Source: an uncultured Aminicenantes bacterium | Lineage (GTDB): Bacteria; Acidobacteriota; Aminicenantia; UBA2199 | Direction: 5' to 3' | Assembly: GCA_965195285.1 (NCBI GenBank) | Contig: CBDAFS010000035.1 | Span: forward strand, 1 to 27,344 | Length of the DNA stretch: 27,344 nt | In this document: positions 1 through 8,025 of the stretch, in pieces | Position numbering within the stretch: the first letter of the stretch is position 1 | Layout: every line of letters starts with the position of its first letter | Translations under genes and position numbers: made by a program | Notes under the pieces: generated by a model | What the model saw: only the letters and a program-made list of their open reading frames with translations | Databases searched by the model: none | Told to the model about the DNA's origin: nothing

Positions 1-58
1 TTCCGTCAGAAAGATATTTGAGAAGAGGCAACATTATTTCTTCATATTTTGGTATCAT
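1..58 (-). CDS. mrr: 5' end (partial, runs off the left edge) of an Mrr-family restriction system protein, Mrr N-terminal domain
   Basis: Hand translation of the reverse complement from the ATG at 58 gives MIPKYEEIMLPLLKYLSDG, matching the typical Mrr N-terminus (M-x-IP-x-Y/F-x-x-x-MLPLL-x-x-L-x-DG). A strong SD (TAAGGAG) lies at about 64-70. Only 19 codons are visible; not in the ORF track. Confidence 0.75.
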   Translation of the reverse strand, partial: MIPKYEEIMLPLLKYLSDG

Positions 59-228
59 TCCCTCTCCTTATTTGACATATAACTATTACGCTACTGCACT
101 CAATATTTATTTTATTATAAAGATATTTTTGGGAGAAATCAATTCAAACATTGAAAACAATTGCGAATAATACAATAAATTGATGAAAGATGTTTATCAT
201 ATTCTACTATAATCTTGAGTCTATAAAT

Positions 229-549
229 TCACGCAATATATTTCTTCGATTTTGTGTAAATTAGAATACCGATTACCAATAGGCTTAATAGAATCGCGGG
301 CTCAATTAATTCTTTATAGCTCGGGAAAATATAAATCCCCAGGGCCCCGGCACAAAAGATAAGTCCCAGTATGAGTACATTTCCCCCGACAAGAGAGGCA
401 AACCCCTTCTTGTCTTTAATTTTATCCTCATTTTTGTATACTCCGGCTACCAATTGGATTTTATTTTTAAATTTAATCAGATAACCAAAAATGACAAGTA
501 TGCATCCGAGTATTCCTAAAACCATAAAAATAATTTGAGTTTTATCCAT
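229..549 (-). CDS. Small membrane protein, about 3 TM helices, DUF3784-like
   Basis: Three hydrophobic segments; the loop LVAGVYKNEDKIKDKK resembles the DUF3784 LIAGYN...K motif. Start moved from TTG 555 to ATG 549 because AAGGAG (557-562) is then 7 nt upstream. Confidence 0.65.
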   Translation of the reverse strand: MDKTQIIFMVLGILGCILVIFGYLIKFKNKIQLVAGVYKNEDKIKDKKGFASLVGGNVLILGLIFCAGALGIYIFPSYKELIEPAILLSLLVIGILIYTKSKKYIA

Positions 550-595
550 AACCAATCTCCTTTTATATCAAAATTATTATTAACTTTTGAACCGG

Positions 596-1387
596 TTACT
601 GATTGACGTCTGAGAGAATATACTCTTTGCGGTTAAAAATAAATGAAGCAACAATGAGGGAAAGAACCGTGACCAGCAACAGCACAATAAAAGATTCCAC
701 AGGGGATGACGGTTCCAATTTAAACACTAAAAACTTAATATTCTCCGAGCTTTCCGGTAGCAGGGATTTGATATAATGAATAAGGGTGAATTTCTGGGTG
801 GTGCCGGGAAAATACTGGACAACACCTTCCCAGCCGAAGACAAACAGCAAACCCAGAATCAGGGATTTTTTAAACAGTGTTCCCAGTAACATAAAAAATG
901 CCGAATAACTGAAAAGTGCTAAAATACCCACTCCGAAAAATGTAAAAAACTCCCGGATGTAAGCAATTTGATTCAGCTGGGTGATATTGATGATGAGAAA
1001 AGACAGAATGAATCCTATATTTATAATAATCAGGGAAAGCAGGCCATATGAAACATATTTGCCTAAAACAATAGCGGATTTGGGAACCGGTGCCGTGGTA
1101 AGAAAAACCAGAGTTTTATTATCAATTTCTTCATTGATGACCGAACTACCAAAGAATAGAGCTAACATGGGTAACAATAACTGAATATATATAACCAGAA
1201 ATACTTTGGAAAAAATGTCGGCTGCAGAGACCTGAGAACCCGGATTGATGATTTCAATTACCTTGGCAATAAATAAGATGAGAACCGGAATCAAACTGAT
1301 CAAAAAGAAGAGTCTGCTTTTCTTGGCTTTTAAGCCTCTCTTTAAATAAAAAATGAAAATCTCTCTGAAAGCAGGTATAAAGGTCAT
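596..1387 (-). CDS. ABC-2 type transporter permease
   Basis: 263 aa, about 6 TM; motif INEEIDNKTLVFLTTAPVPKSAIVLGKY is typical of ABC-2 permeases; follows an ABC ATPase after a 5 nt gap. Confidence 0.9.
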   Translation of the reverse strand: MTFIPAFREIFIFYLKRGLKAKKSRLFFLISLIPVLILFIAKVIEIINPGSQVSAADIFSKVFLVIYIQLLLPMLALFFGSSVINEEIDNKTLVFLTTAPVPKSAIVLGKYVSYGLLSLIIINIGFILSFLIINITQLNQIAYIREFFTFFGVGILALFSYSAFFMLLGTLFKKSLILGLLFVFGWEGVVQYFPGTTQKFTLIHYIKSLLPESSENIKFLVFKLEPSSPVESFIVLLLVTVLSLIVASFIFNRKEYILSDVNQ

Positions 1388-1392
1388 GGATA

Positions 1393-2319
1393 TTAGCTCC
1401 CGATCAAATAATCAAATACAGCCTGAAGATTGTCATCCGGTGATGAAATCTCCTCAACCATAATGTCATGTTCTACAACCAGGCGGTTTAATAAATCAAA
1501 GAATTGATCACGATTGTCGGTATTAAACATCACCTTTTTATCCGATTCCTCAAAGTGGATATTCCGGATATTTTTTTGATCGATCATCAGGGATGCCAGT
1601 TTGCGATTTTGATCACAGCGGACTGAAATCATATGGGGATGAGAATCCATCAAATCCCGTATATACTGGATATCCCCCTGGGCAAATACCTTGCCCTGAT
1701 GAATCAGGATAATATCATTGGTCATGGCTTCAATCTCAGGTAAAATATGCGAGGCCACAATGATGGTTTTCTCCTGTTTTTCAAATTCTTTAATCATGTG
1801 AATGATTTTTACCCTCCAGAGCGGATCTATTCCCCTCAGGGGTTCATCCAGCATCAACACCTCTGGTTCATGAACAATGGAAGCGGCAAATTTAAGCCGC
1901 TGTCTCATTCCCAGGCTGTACTCTCTTATTAACTTATGCCGGTTTTCCAGAAGGCCCACTTTTTCAAGGGCATTCTTTGATTTCTCGCTCGCCTGTTCGC
2001 CTCCAAACCCATGCAGTTTAGCCATAAACATGACCTGTTCCCATCCGGAAATTTCCCGGTAATAGGAATCATACTCCGGACAAAACCCGATTCTGGAAAA
2101 AAGGTGTTGGTTAGAAAACACCGGTTCATCAAAGATGCAAATAGAACCGATATTGGGCTTTAACTGACCTCCAATGATCTTTAAAAATGTTGATTTTCCT
2201 GCCCCGTTCGGACCCAATAATCCTTTGATCCCAGGGGTTATTTCCAAAGAAATATCACTGATACCCAATACATTACCATACCATTTGGATAGATTTTCTG
2301 CTTTAACCACTGCTTTCAA
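1393..2319 (-). CDS. ABC transporter ATP-binding protein
   Basis: Walker A GPNGAGKST, signature YSLGMRQR, Walker B VLMLDEP, H-loop ASH. Start placed at TTG 2319 (GGAGG at 2326-2330) rather than 2340. Confidence 0.93.
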   Translation of the reverse strand: MKAVVKAENLSKWYGNVLGISDISLEITPGIKGLLGPNGAGKSTFLKIIGGQLKPNIGSICIFDEPVFSNQHLFSRIGFCPEYDSYYREISGWEQVMFMAKLHGFGGEQASEKSKNALEKVGLLENRHKLIREYSLGMRQRLKFAASIVHEPEVLMLDEPLRGIDPLWRVKIIHMIKEFEKQEKTIIVASHILPEIEAMTNDIILIHQGKVFAQGDIQYIRDLMDSHPHMISVRCDQNRKLASLMIDQKNIRNIHFEESDKKVMFNTDNRDQFFDLLNRLVVEHDIMVEEISSPDDNLQAVFDYLIGS

Positions 2320-2320
2320 T

Positions 2321-3169
2321 CTAGACCTCCGATTTCGCAATTCGCTTCATCAATACAACGATCATAAAAAGAGACAGTATGGACAAAATCAAAACGCTTA
2401 TCCAGGGGGCAATAGACACACTGGCCCCAGTACTAAAGAAAAAACTCCCGGCCTGCATGATGTTTGTTTGTATGGAAAATAACATAAAATGGGGATCTTT
2501 AAAAATACTTCTTAACATTTCACCCAGGGCATTGGAAAAAATATAGATTAAAAAAATGGAAATCCAGACAAATTTCCGATTGGAACTGAGTGCCGAAATC
2601 ATCAGCGTCAGGGATGCAAGGAATAAAGAGATGAAAACGGGGAAAAAGATAATAGCCAATAACAGGGAAAGGCTGAGTGAGAATCGACCAGTAAAAATGA
2701 TTTTAAACACCACCAATAATATGCCGGGCAGCAGGGTGAAAGTCAGCAGGTAAAACAGGAGAATCGAATATTTACCGAAAATATAATCGGTCTTATCCAG
2801 AGGCCGGGAAAAATAAAGGGGCAAAGAGTTAAATTTCAAATCTCCTGAAATCAATTCCGCCCCGATAAACACACACAACAAAAGCATAATAAACAAAATT
2901 AATCCATTTGTGTAAAAAACATAAAAAAACATCGCATCATCTTTCAGTAAACTGACCAGACGGGTGAGCATTTTGAGTTCCGGTTTGGTGGATACATAAA
3001 CCGCAACCAGGAAAACAAAAAAAGGCATGGCAGAAAAAGCAAACAGGAATTTGGCAAATTTTTTTTTAAACGCAGCTTTGGTCCCCTTGAAAAAAATAGG
3101 TAACCAGGCAATTCCTGACGGTTTCAGTTCACCATCCCAGCCATAATACCCCTTCTCTCTAATTCCCAT
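2321..3169 (-). CDS. ABC-2 type transporter permease
   Basis: About 6 TM; motif ISGDLKFNSLPLYFSRPLDKTDYIFGKY. Start placed at ATG 3169 (MGIREKGY; GGAG at 3177-3180), overlapping the upstream ATPase stop. Confidence 0.9.
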   Translation of the reverse strand: MGIREKGYYGWDGELKPSGIAWLPIFFKGTKAAFKKKFAKFLFAFSAMPFFVFLVAVYVSTKPELKMLTRLVSLLKDDAMFFYVFYTNGLILFIMLLLCVFIGAELISGDLKFNSLPLYFSRPLDKTDYIFGKYSILLFYLLTFTLLPGILLVVFKIIFTGRFSLSLSLLLAIIFFPVFISLFLASLTLMISALSSNRKFVWISIFLIYIFSNALGEMLRSIFKDPHFMLFSIQTNIMQAGSFFFSTGASVSIAPWISVLILSILSLFMIVVLMKRIAKSEV

Positions 3170-4085
3170 TGGCAATCTCCACAGCATTCATAAATGTATC
3201 TTCCAGCGAGGTACGACTCTGCCTGAAATGACGGATTTGAACCTTTTCTTCCTGGGCGATTCTAAACAACACACCCGGAGAATGATCAGCAGGAAGCATC
3301 ACCATGTACTTTCCACGATCACTGCTTTCTACTCTACATCGGATGACTTTCAGCCGTTTCAAAAATCCCTCACTATTTCCCTTGAACTTAAGTTCAAACA
3401 GGTTAAAATTATCCTGGCTCAGATTGGCAATGGTTTCTTCGCTGATCACCGTTCCCTTATTGAGGATGATCACCTTTTCACAGGCAAATTCAATGTCAGG
3501 TAGCAAATGGGATGAAATAATGATATTCATGCTTTTTTTTTCAGAGATATCCTTAATCAAACCCAGCATTTCCTTGCGGCCGGTGGGATCCATCCCGGAA
3601 GTGGGTTCATCCAGGAGCAGTAATTTGGGATCATGAACCAGGGCCTGGGCCAGTTTAAGCCGCTGCTGCATCCCGGCCGAATAGGTTTCAACATTGCGAT
3701 AGCGAGACTCTTCCAATCCCACATAGTAAAGAACTTCATGGGCCCTTTTGATGGCCTCCTGTCCGGGCATGCCACTCAATTCTCCCAGATAGGCCGTAAA
3801 TGTTACCGCATCAATTCCGGGGATCAGGCATTCGGTTTCGGGCATATACCCGATCCGTTTTCGGACTGCTTTCCGACTGGAAGTAATATCAAATCCCAGT
3901 ACCCTGCCCAAACCCGATTGAGGGGTTAAGAAACCCAGAATAATTTTCAGTAGAGTGGTTTTTCCTGCCCCATTGGGCCCCAAAAGACCAAAAACCCCGG
4001 TACCTATTTCAATACTGATATCATCGATGGCTTTAATATCCGCATAACTAAAACTGATTTTATTCAACTCAATGACTTTTTCCAT
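3159..4085 (-). CDS. ABC transporter ATP-binding protein
   Basis: Walker A GPNGAGKTT, signature YSAGMQQR, Walker B LLLLDEP, H-loop SSH; 308 aa. Confidence 0.95.
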   Translation of the reverse strand: MEKVIELNKISFSYADIKAIDDISIEIGTGVFGLLGPNGAGKTTLLKIILGFLTPQSGLGRVLGFDITSSRKAVRKRIGYMPETECLIPGIDAVTFTAYLGELSGMPGQEAIKRAHEVLYYVGLEESRYRNVETYSAGMQQRLKLAQALVHDPKLLLLDEPTSGMDPTGRKEMLGLIKDISEKKSMNIIISSHLLPDIEFACEKVIILNKGTVISEETIANLSQDNFNLFELKFKGNSEGFLKRLKVIRCRVESSDRGKYMVMLPADHSPGVLFRIAQEEKVQIRHFRQSRTSLEDTFMNAVEIANGN

Positions 4086-4111
4086 ATGTAGTAATTACGT
4101 TTTTTCAGGAA

Positions 4112-4939
4112 TTAAGTTCCATCCCATCCGGAAAGTCGGGCCAAAAGCCACCAGAAAGCCCTGGCTTTGTTTAGACAACTCTCATGGGTGGTATGGCCGG
4201 CCTCGTCCCCATAATAATGGGGATGTTCAACCGGAATTCCGCTTTCCAGATGTTGTTGGCCATTATACCAGCAATCAAGATCCGCAAAATCAAACAAAAC
4301 CTTGTTGTTATTTTGACAGTATTCCCTGATCTGATTGTTCCTCTGGAACCGATTCATCTCTGTGCTCTGGGCATTACCGGTCATATAGATAAATATGACC
4401 TCGGGATACTCCTGCTCCAACTGGGACATCTTGTTCAGATAGTTTTGAACTTCTGTTTCCGAGTAATAATCCGGCTGACAACACCAAGCCCAGAGGGAGA
4501 TATTGACATCATGATTGTTCAGCACCCACCGGGTTAAATTTAATCCATACTCGCTCTCCCAATAAAGATCCGGAGTAATATATGTCTCACAATAGGCATC
4601 CTGCTGGACATATTGGCCATCCATCAGACTGATCCCGTTCAGAGCTACGGGTATCTGGCAGGAAGCCGAGTAAAATCTGTAGTTTGAATTTCCACTGGAT
4701 AGGAGCTCCAGACCCGTGGTAATTTGCCCCCCGTGGGAAGTATGGGCATAATGAATTCTCCAGGTTTCTTTAACCCGGGTGATCCATTCATCAGGAATCC
4801 CGGATATGTCGGTACACTGATGATCAATAGTAAAACCGATTACAGTAGTGTTTTGATCATTATTGGATTCACCCGTTTGGCAAAAATTGAGTGCAAGCAC
4901 AAGTAATAGCAGAACACTTCCAAAACCTATTCTTTTCAT
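4112..4939 (-). CDS. Secreted or possibly lipid-anchored protein of unknown function, tentatively SGNH-hydrolase-like
   Basis: Signal peptide MKRIGFGSVLLLLVLALNFC; SD AAAGGAG. Motifs HYAHTSHGGQI (Ser after a beta strand), IFIYMTG, RNNQIREYC..NNKVLFDFAD and DEAGH occur in the order of SGNH blocks. The CDS is solid; the fold is inference. Confidence 0.6.
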   Translation of the reverse strand: MKRIGFGSVLLLLVLALNFCQTGESNNDQNTTVIGFTIDHQCTDISGIPDEWITRVKETWRIHYAHTSHGGQITTGLELLSSGNSNYRFYSASCQIPVALNGISLMDGQYVQQDAYCETYITPDLYWESEYGLNLTRWVLNNHDVNISLWAWCCQPDYYSETEVQNYLNKMSQLEQEYPEVIFIYMTGNAQSTEMNRFQRNNQIREYCQNNNKVLFDFADLDCWYNGQQHLESGIPVEHPHYYGDEAGHTTHESCLNKARAFWWLLARLSGWDGT

Positions 4940-4951
4940 TTCAAAGCTCCT

Positions 4952-5506
4952 TTATGGTATCCGGAAATAATCCTGGATAATTCGCTTTATTTCCAGTGCT
5001 TTTTCCCGGGAAAACTCACATAAATGAATTTCATTGAGATTGGAATCTTTTTCCAGAAACTGAAAAATGGTTTCAATAATATTTTTTACAGCGGGCTTCA
5101 AGGGATACCCGAATATTCCGGTAGAAATGGAAGGCATCGAAATTGACTTTATTTTCAACTCATCTGCCAATTGCAGAGCAGACAAAACCGCGGAACGGAG
5201 AAGTTCATCCTCATTCCCAGCCCCCCCCTTCCAAACCGGACCCACCGTATGAATGATATATTTGAAGGGCAAATCCCCAGCACCGGTATGAATGGCCTGA
5301 CCGGTTTCCACAGGCGATTTCTCATCACTCTCCCGCTGAATTTGCGGCCCGCCGCTGTGGGAAATCAATCCGGCTACACCTCCCCCATGAATCAGGTTGT
5401 AGTTGGCAGGGTTGACAATGGCCTCAACCCTTTCTTTTATTATGGAATTTTCAACCAGCAGGAATTTCTTATTGTTTATTTCTCTTTCCAGCAGATTCAC
5501 GTTCAA
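4952..5506 (-). CDS. Macrodomain (ADP-ribose binding/hydrolase, Af1521/YmdB-like)
   Basis: AIVNPAN..L.HGGGVAG, YIIHTVGP and SISTGIFGYP motifs. True start may be GTG at 5500 (GAGG at 5508-5511). Overlaps the purB 3' end. Confidence 0.93.
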   Translation of the reverse strand: MNVNLLEREINNKKFLLVENSIIKERVEAIVNPANYNLIHGGGVAGLISHSGGPQIQRESDEKSPVETGQAIHTGAGDLPFKYIIHTVGPVWKGGAGNEDELLRSAVLSALQLADELKIKSISMPSISTGIFGYPLKPAVKNIIETIFQFLEKDSNLNEIHLCEFSREKALEIKRIIQDYFRIP

Positions 5507-6788
5507 ACCTCTTGAAAATCTTATTGATACCGGTAAGCAGATCTTTTTCGGAAAACAGATTCTGTATCTCGCGGGGGGAACAAAATTGATTTACCTCGGA
5601 GTCTTTTAAAATCAGATCCCGGAAACTTCTCTTTTCTTTCCATGACTTCAGGGCATTTTGCTGGACAATATCATAGGCTTTCTGGCGGGCGACACCCTTA
5701 TCCACCAGCAAGGTTAACACCCGCTGAGAATAATAAACCTCATGGGTAAAACCAAGATTTCTTTTGATATTTTCAGGATAAACATTTAGGTTCTCTATCA
5801 CATACAGGATATCATTTAACATAAAGGTAACTGCATGAAACGAATCGGGGAAAATAACTCTTTCAGCTGAAGAATGGGAGATATCTCGCTCATGCCACAA
5901 CACATTGTTTTCAAATGCAACCGACAAGTTTCCCCGTAACAACCGGGCCAATCCGGATATTCTTTCACACTTCACCGGATTCCGTTTATGTGGCATTGAA
6001 GAGGATCCTTTCTGTCCTTTTGAAAAAGGTTCTTCGACCTCCAGAACTTCAGTTCTCTGAAGATGTCTTAACTCCACGGCAATTTTTTCAATGGCTGAGC
6101 CCAGGCTGGCCAGGGCATACAATACTTCCATATGCCTGTCCCTCTGGATAATCTGTGAGGATACCCGGCAGGGCTTCAGTTTCAATTTTTTCAGGGCCTT
6201 TTGTTCTCCATGAGGAGGAAAATGAATATAAGTGCCCACCGAACCCGAAATCTTCCCCACCGAAATAGTGTTTTGGGCCTGAATCAGTCTCTGAATATTC
6301 CGGCATATTTCTTCATACCAGATAAGGTATTTTATTCCAAAGGTGATGGGCTCGGCATGAACCCCATGGGTTCTCCCGATGGCCACGATATCCTTATAGG
6401 TAAATGCCTTTTTCAAGAGGATTCCCTTAAATTTCATTGCTTTCTCAATGACCACATCCAACGATTCCCGAATGAGCAAAGAAAAGGCCGTATCTACAAT
6501 ATCGTATGAAGTGATCCCCTTATGAATATAGGCGGAATCTTTACCAATAAACTCTTCGATCGAGGTCAGAAAGGCAATCACATCATGCTGTACTTTCTTT
6601 TCAATTTCATCAATTCGATCAATATCAAAACTCACATTTTTCTTTATATTTTTAAAACTTTTCTCCGGAACCTCTCCCCATTCATACCATACTTCGGTGA
6701 TGGCCATTTCCACATCCAGCCATTTTCTGAACCGGTTTTTCCGGCTCCATATCCCCGATATATCTTTGACCTGATAACGCTCGATCAT
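5469..6788 (-). CDS. purB: Adenylosuccinate lyase
   Basis: MIERY start, HDVIAF, GRTHGVHAEP, fumarase-superfamily signature GSSSMPHKRNP, WHERDISHSS; SD GAGGAG. Confidence 0.98.
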   Translation of the reverse strand: MIERYQVKDISGIWSRKNRFRKWLDVEMAITEVWYEWGEVPEKSFKNIKKNVSFDIDRIDEIEKKVQHDVIAFLTSIEEFIGKDSAYIHKGITSYDIVDTAFSLLIRESLDVVIEKAMKFKGILLKKAFTYKDIVAIGRTHGVHAEPITFGIKYLIWYEEICRNIQRLIQAQNTISVGKISGSVGTYIHFPPHGEQKALKKLKLKPCRVSSQIIQRDRHMEVLYALASLGSAIEKIAVELRHLQRTEVLEVEEPFSKGQKGSSSMPHKRNPVKCERISGLARLLRGNLSVAFENNVLWHERDISHSSAERVIFPDSFHAVTFMLNDILYVIENLNVYPENIKRNLGFTHEVYYSQRVLTLLVDKGVARQKAYDIVQQNALKSWKEKRSFRDLILKDSEVNQFCSPREIQNLFSEKDLLTGINKIFKRFERESAGKRNKQ

Positions 6789-6808
6789 ATTGACTCCTCT
6801 TCTCTGGA

Positions 6809-6837
6809 ATTATACGATATTTCCAATCAGCAGTAAA
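6809..6837 (-). promoter_or_regulatory. Sigma70-type promoter for purB and downstream genes
   Basis: Minus strand: TTTACT (6837-6832), 17 nt spacer, TATAAT (6814-6809), about 20 nt upstream of the purB ATG. Confidence 0.7.
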
Positions 6838-6852
6838 GGGAAGAATTGGGGA

Positions 6853-8025
6853 TTATTTTGGGGTAACACCTCTGGTTGTTATGCTCAAGGCATTTTTTAC
6901 CAGATCCAGGTACCGCTGATAACTATAGTTTTTTTCACAAAAAATCACCGCTCTTTTGGCAGTCTCCCGACCCTTCTGGGAAACCGCCACCTGAATGCCC
7001 CTGGCCAGATCCCGGGGCTCCGGCTTGACCAGTATAGCGATATCACGATTCAGGGTCTGGGTGTGAGTGAAAAGGTCGGTGGCGACTACCGGGATTCCAC
7101 TTTTCAGATAGGCATAGATCTTCAAAGGAATGTTGGTGCCCAGGGTCCTTGGAGAGACCAGCACGTCCGCACTTTTCAGGAAATAAGGAATCTCAGAAGA
7201 TTCTTTTCGCCCCAGCAGACAAACCCGGGTTTGAAGATTTCTTTCGCCAATATATTTATTCAGCTTCTCAAGCTGATATGGTTTCCCCCCGACCAGAACC
7301 AGTTTGAAATCTCCATCGAGATATTCCATGCTATCTATCAAGAGGGGAATTCCCTGGTAGGCTTCAAGGGTACCGGTATAAATGACGATTTTCTTTTCAG
7401 GCCCGCCCAATTCCTTTTTAATCCGGCTGAGTTTAGATTGATCAAGTCTCTCGGACCCCTCATCGATAAAGTTTTCAATAATGACCAGTTTGGAGCTCTC
7501 AGTAATACCAGCGGCATAATCATAGAGTGCCCGGCATATCACAATAACCGAAGACGCGTTTTTGAGCACTATTTTTTCAATTTTTTTCATCATGCCGGTA
7601 ATGATCTTTGATCGGGTGTATTGAAAATTGGTCATCTGTTGAACCAGAGAGGAATGCATATCATAAAGATGGGGAATCTTGATTAACTTATTGAAAAAAA
7701 CACCCATAATATTGGCCTCTTCATGGGTATGGATCAAATGATACTGTTTCCTTCCCTTTATCAACCTCCTGACCACGGTAAAAAATAGAAAAAAATCCAG
7801 AATCACCTTTGTAAAGGAGGGACCGGTCTTAACCGATCGAATAAAATGAGGCCTCCAGCTTCTGAAAATCCGGAGCCCCTGTATATCTTTGTCTTCCCCG
7901 ATGGGATAAGTGACCAGATCAACTTCATGACCCAGAGCACACAAGGCTTTTATCCTAAAATATTCTGAAAACGGAGTCCCTCTGGGCTCAAAAAAGGGTT
8001 CAGGGGCAATCATCAATATCTTCAT
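6853..8025 (-). CDS. Glycosyltransferase family 4 (GT-B fold)
   Basis: MKILMIAP N-terminus, IHTHEE, YDMHSS, IYTGTLEAYQGI, ADVLVSPR...PLKIYAYLKSGIPVVATD. Confidence 0.92.
   Translation of the reverse strand: MKILMIAPEPFFEPRGTPFSEYFRIKALCALGHEVDLVTYPIGEDKDIQGLRIFRSWRPHFIRSVKTGPSFTKVILDFFLFFTVVRRLIKGRKQYHLIHTHEEANIMGVFFNKLIKIPHLYDMHSSLVQQMTNFQYTRSKIITGMMKKIEKIVLKNASSVIVICRALYDYAAGITESSKLVIIENFIDEGSERLDQSKLSRIKKELGGPEKKIVIYTGTLEAYQGIPLLIDSMEYLDGDFKLVLVGGKPYQLEKLNKYIGERNLQTRVCLLGRKESSEIPYFLKSADVLVSPRTLGTNIPLKIYAYLKSGIPVVATDLFTHTQTLNRDIAILVKPEPRDLARGIQVAVSQKGRETAKRAVIFCEKNYSYQRYLDLVKNALSITTRGVTPK

Noticed and set aside
4952-5506. Macrodomain as a DarG antitoxin or Thoeris ThsA defence component
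   Set aside because: It is a single-domain Af1521/YmdB-like protein with no DarT, TIR, sirtuin or TM partner adjacent, and it is coupled to purB.
6790-7611. 273-aa plus-strand ORF, the longest alternative ORF
   Set aside because: It is antisense to the well-supported GT4 gene, has a TTG start with no SD and no recognisable motifs; a shadow ORF.
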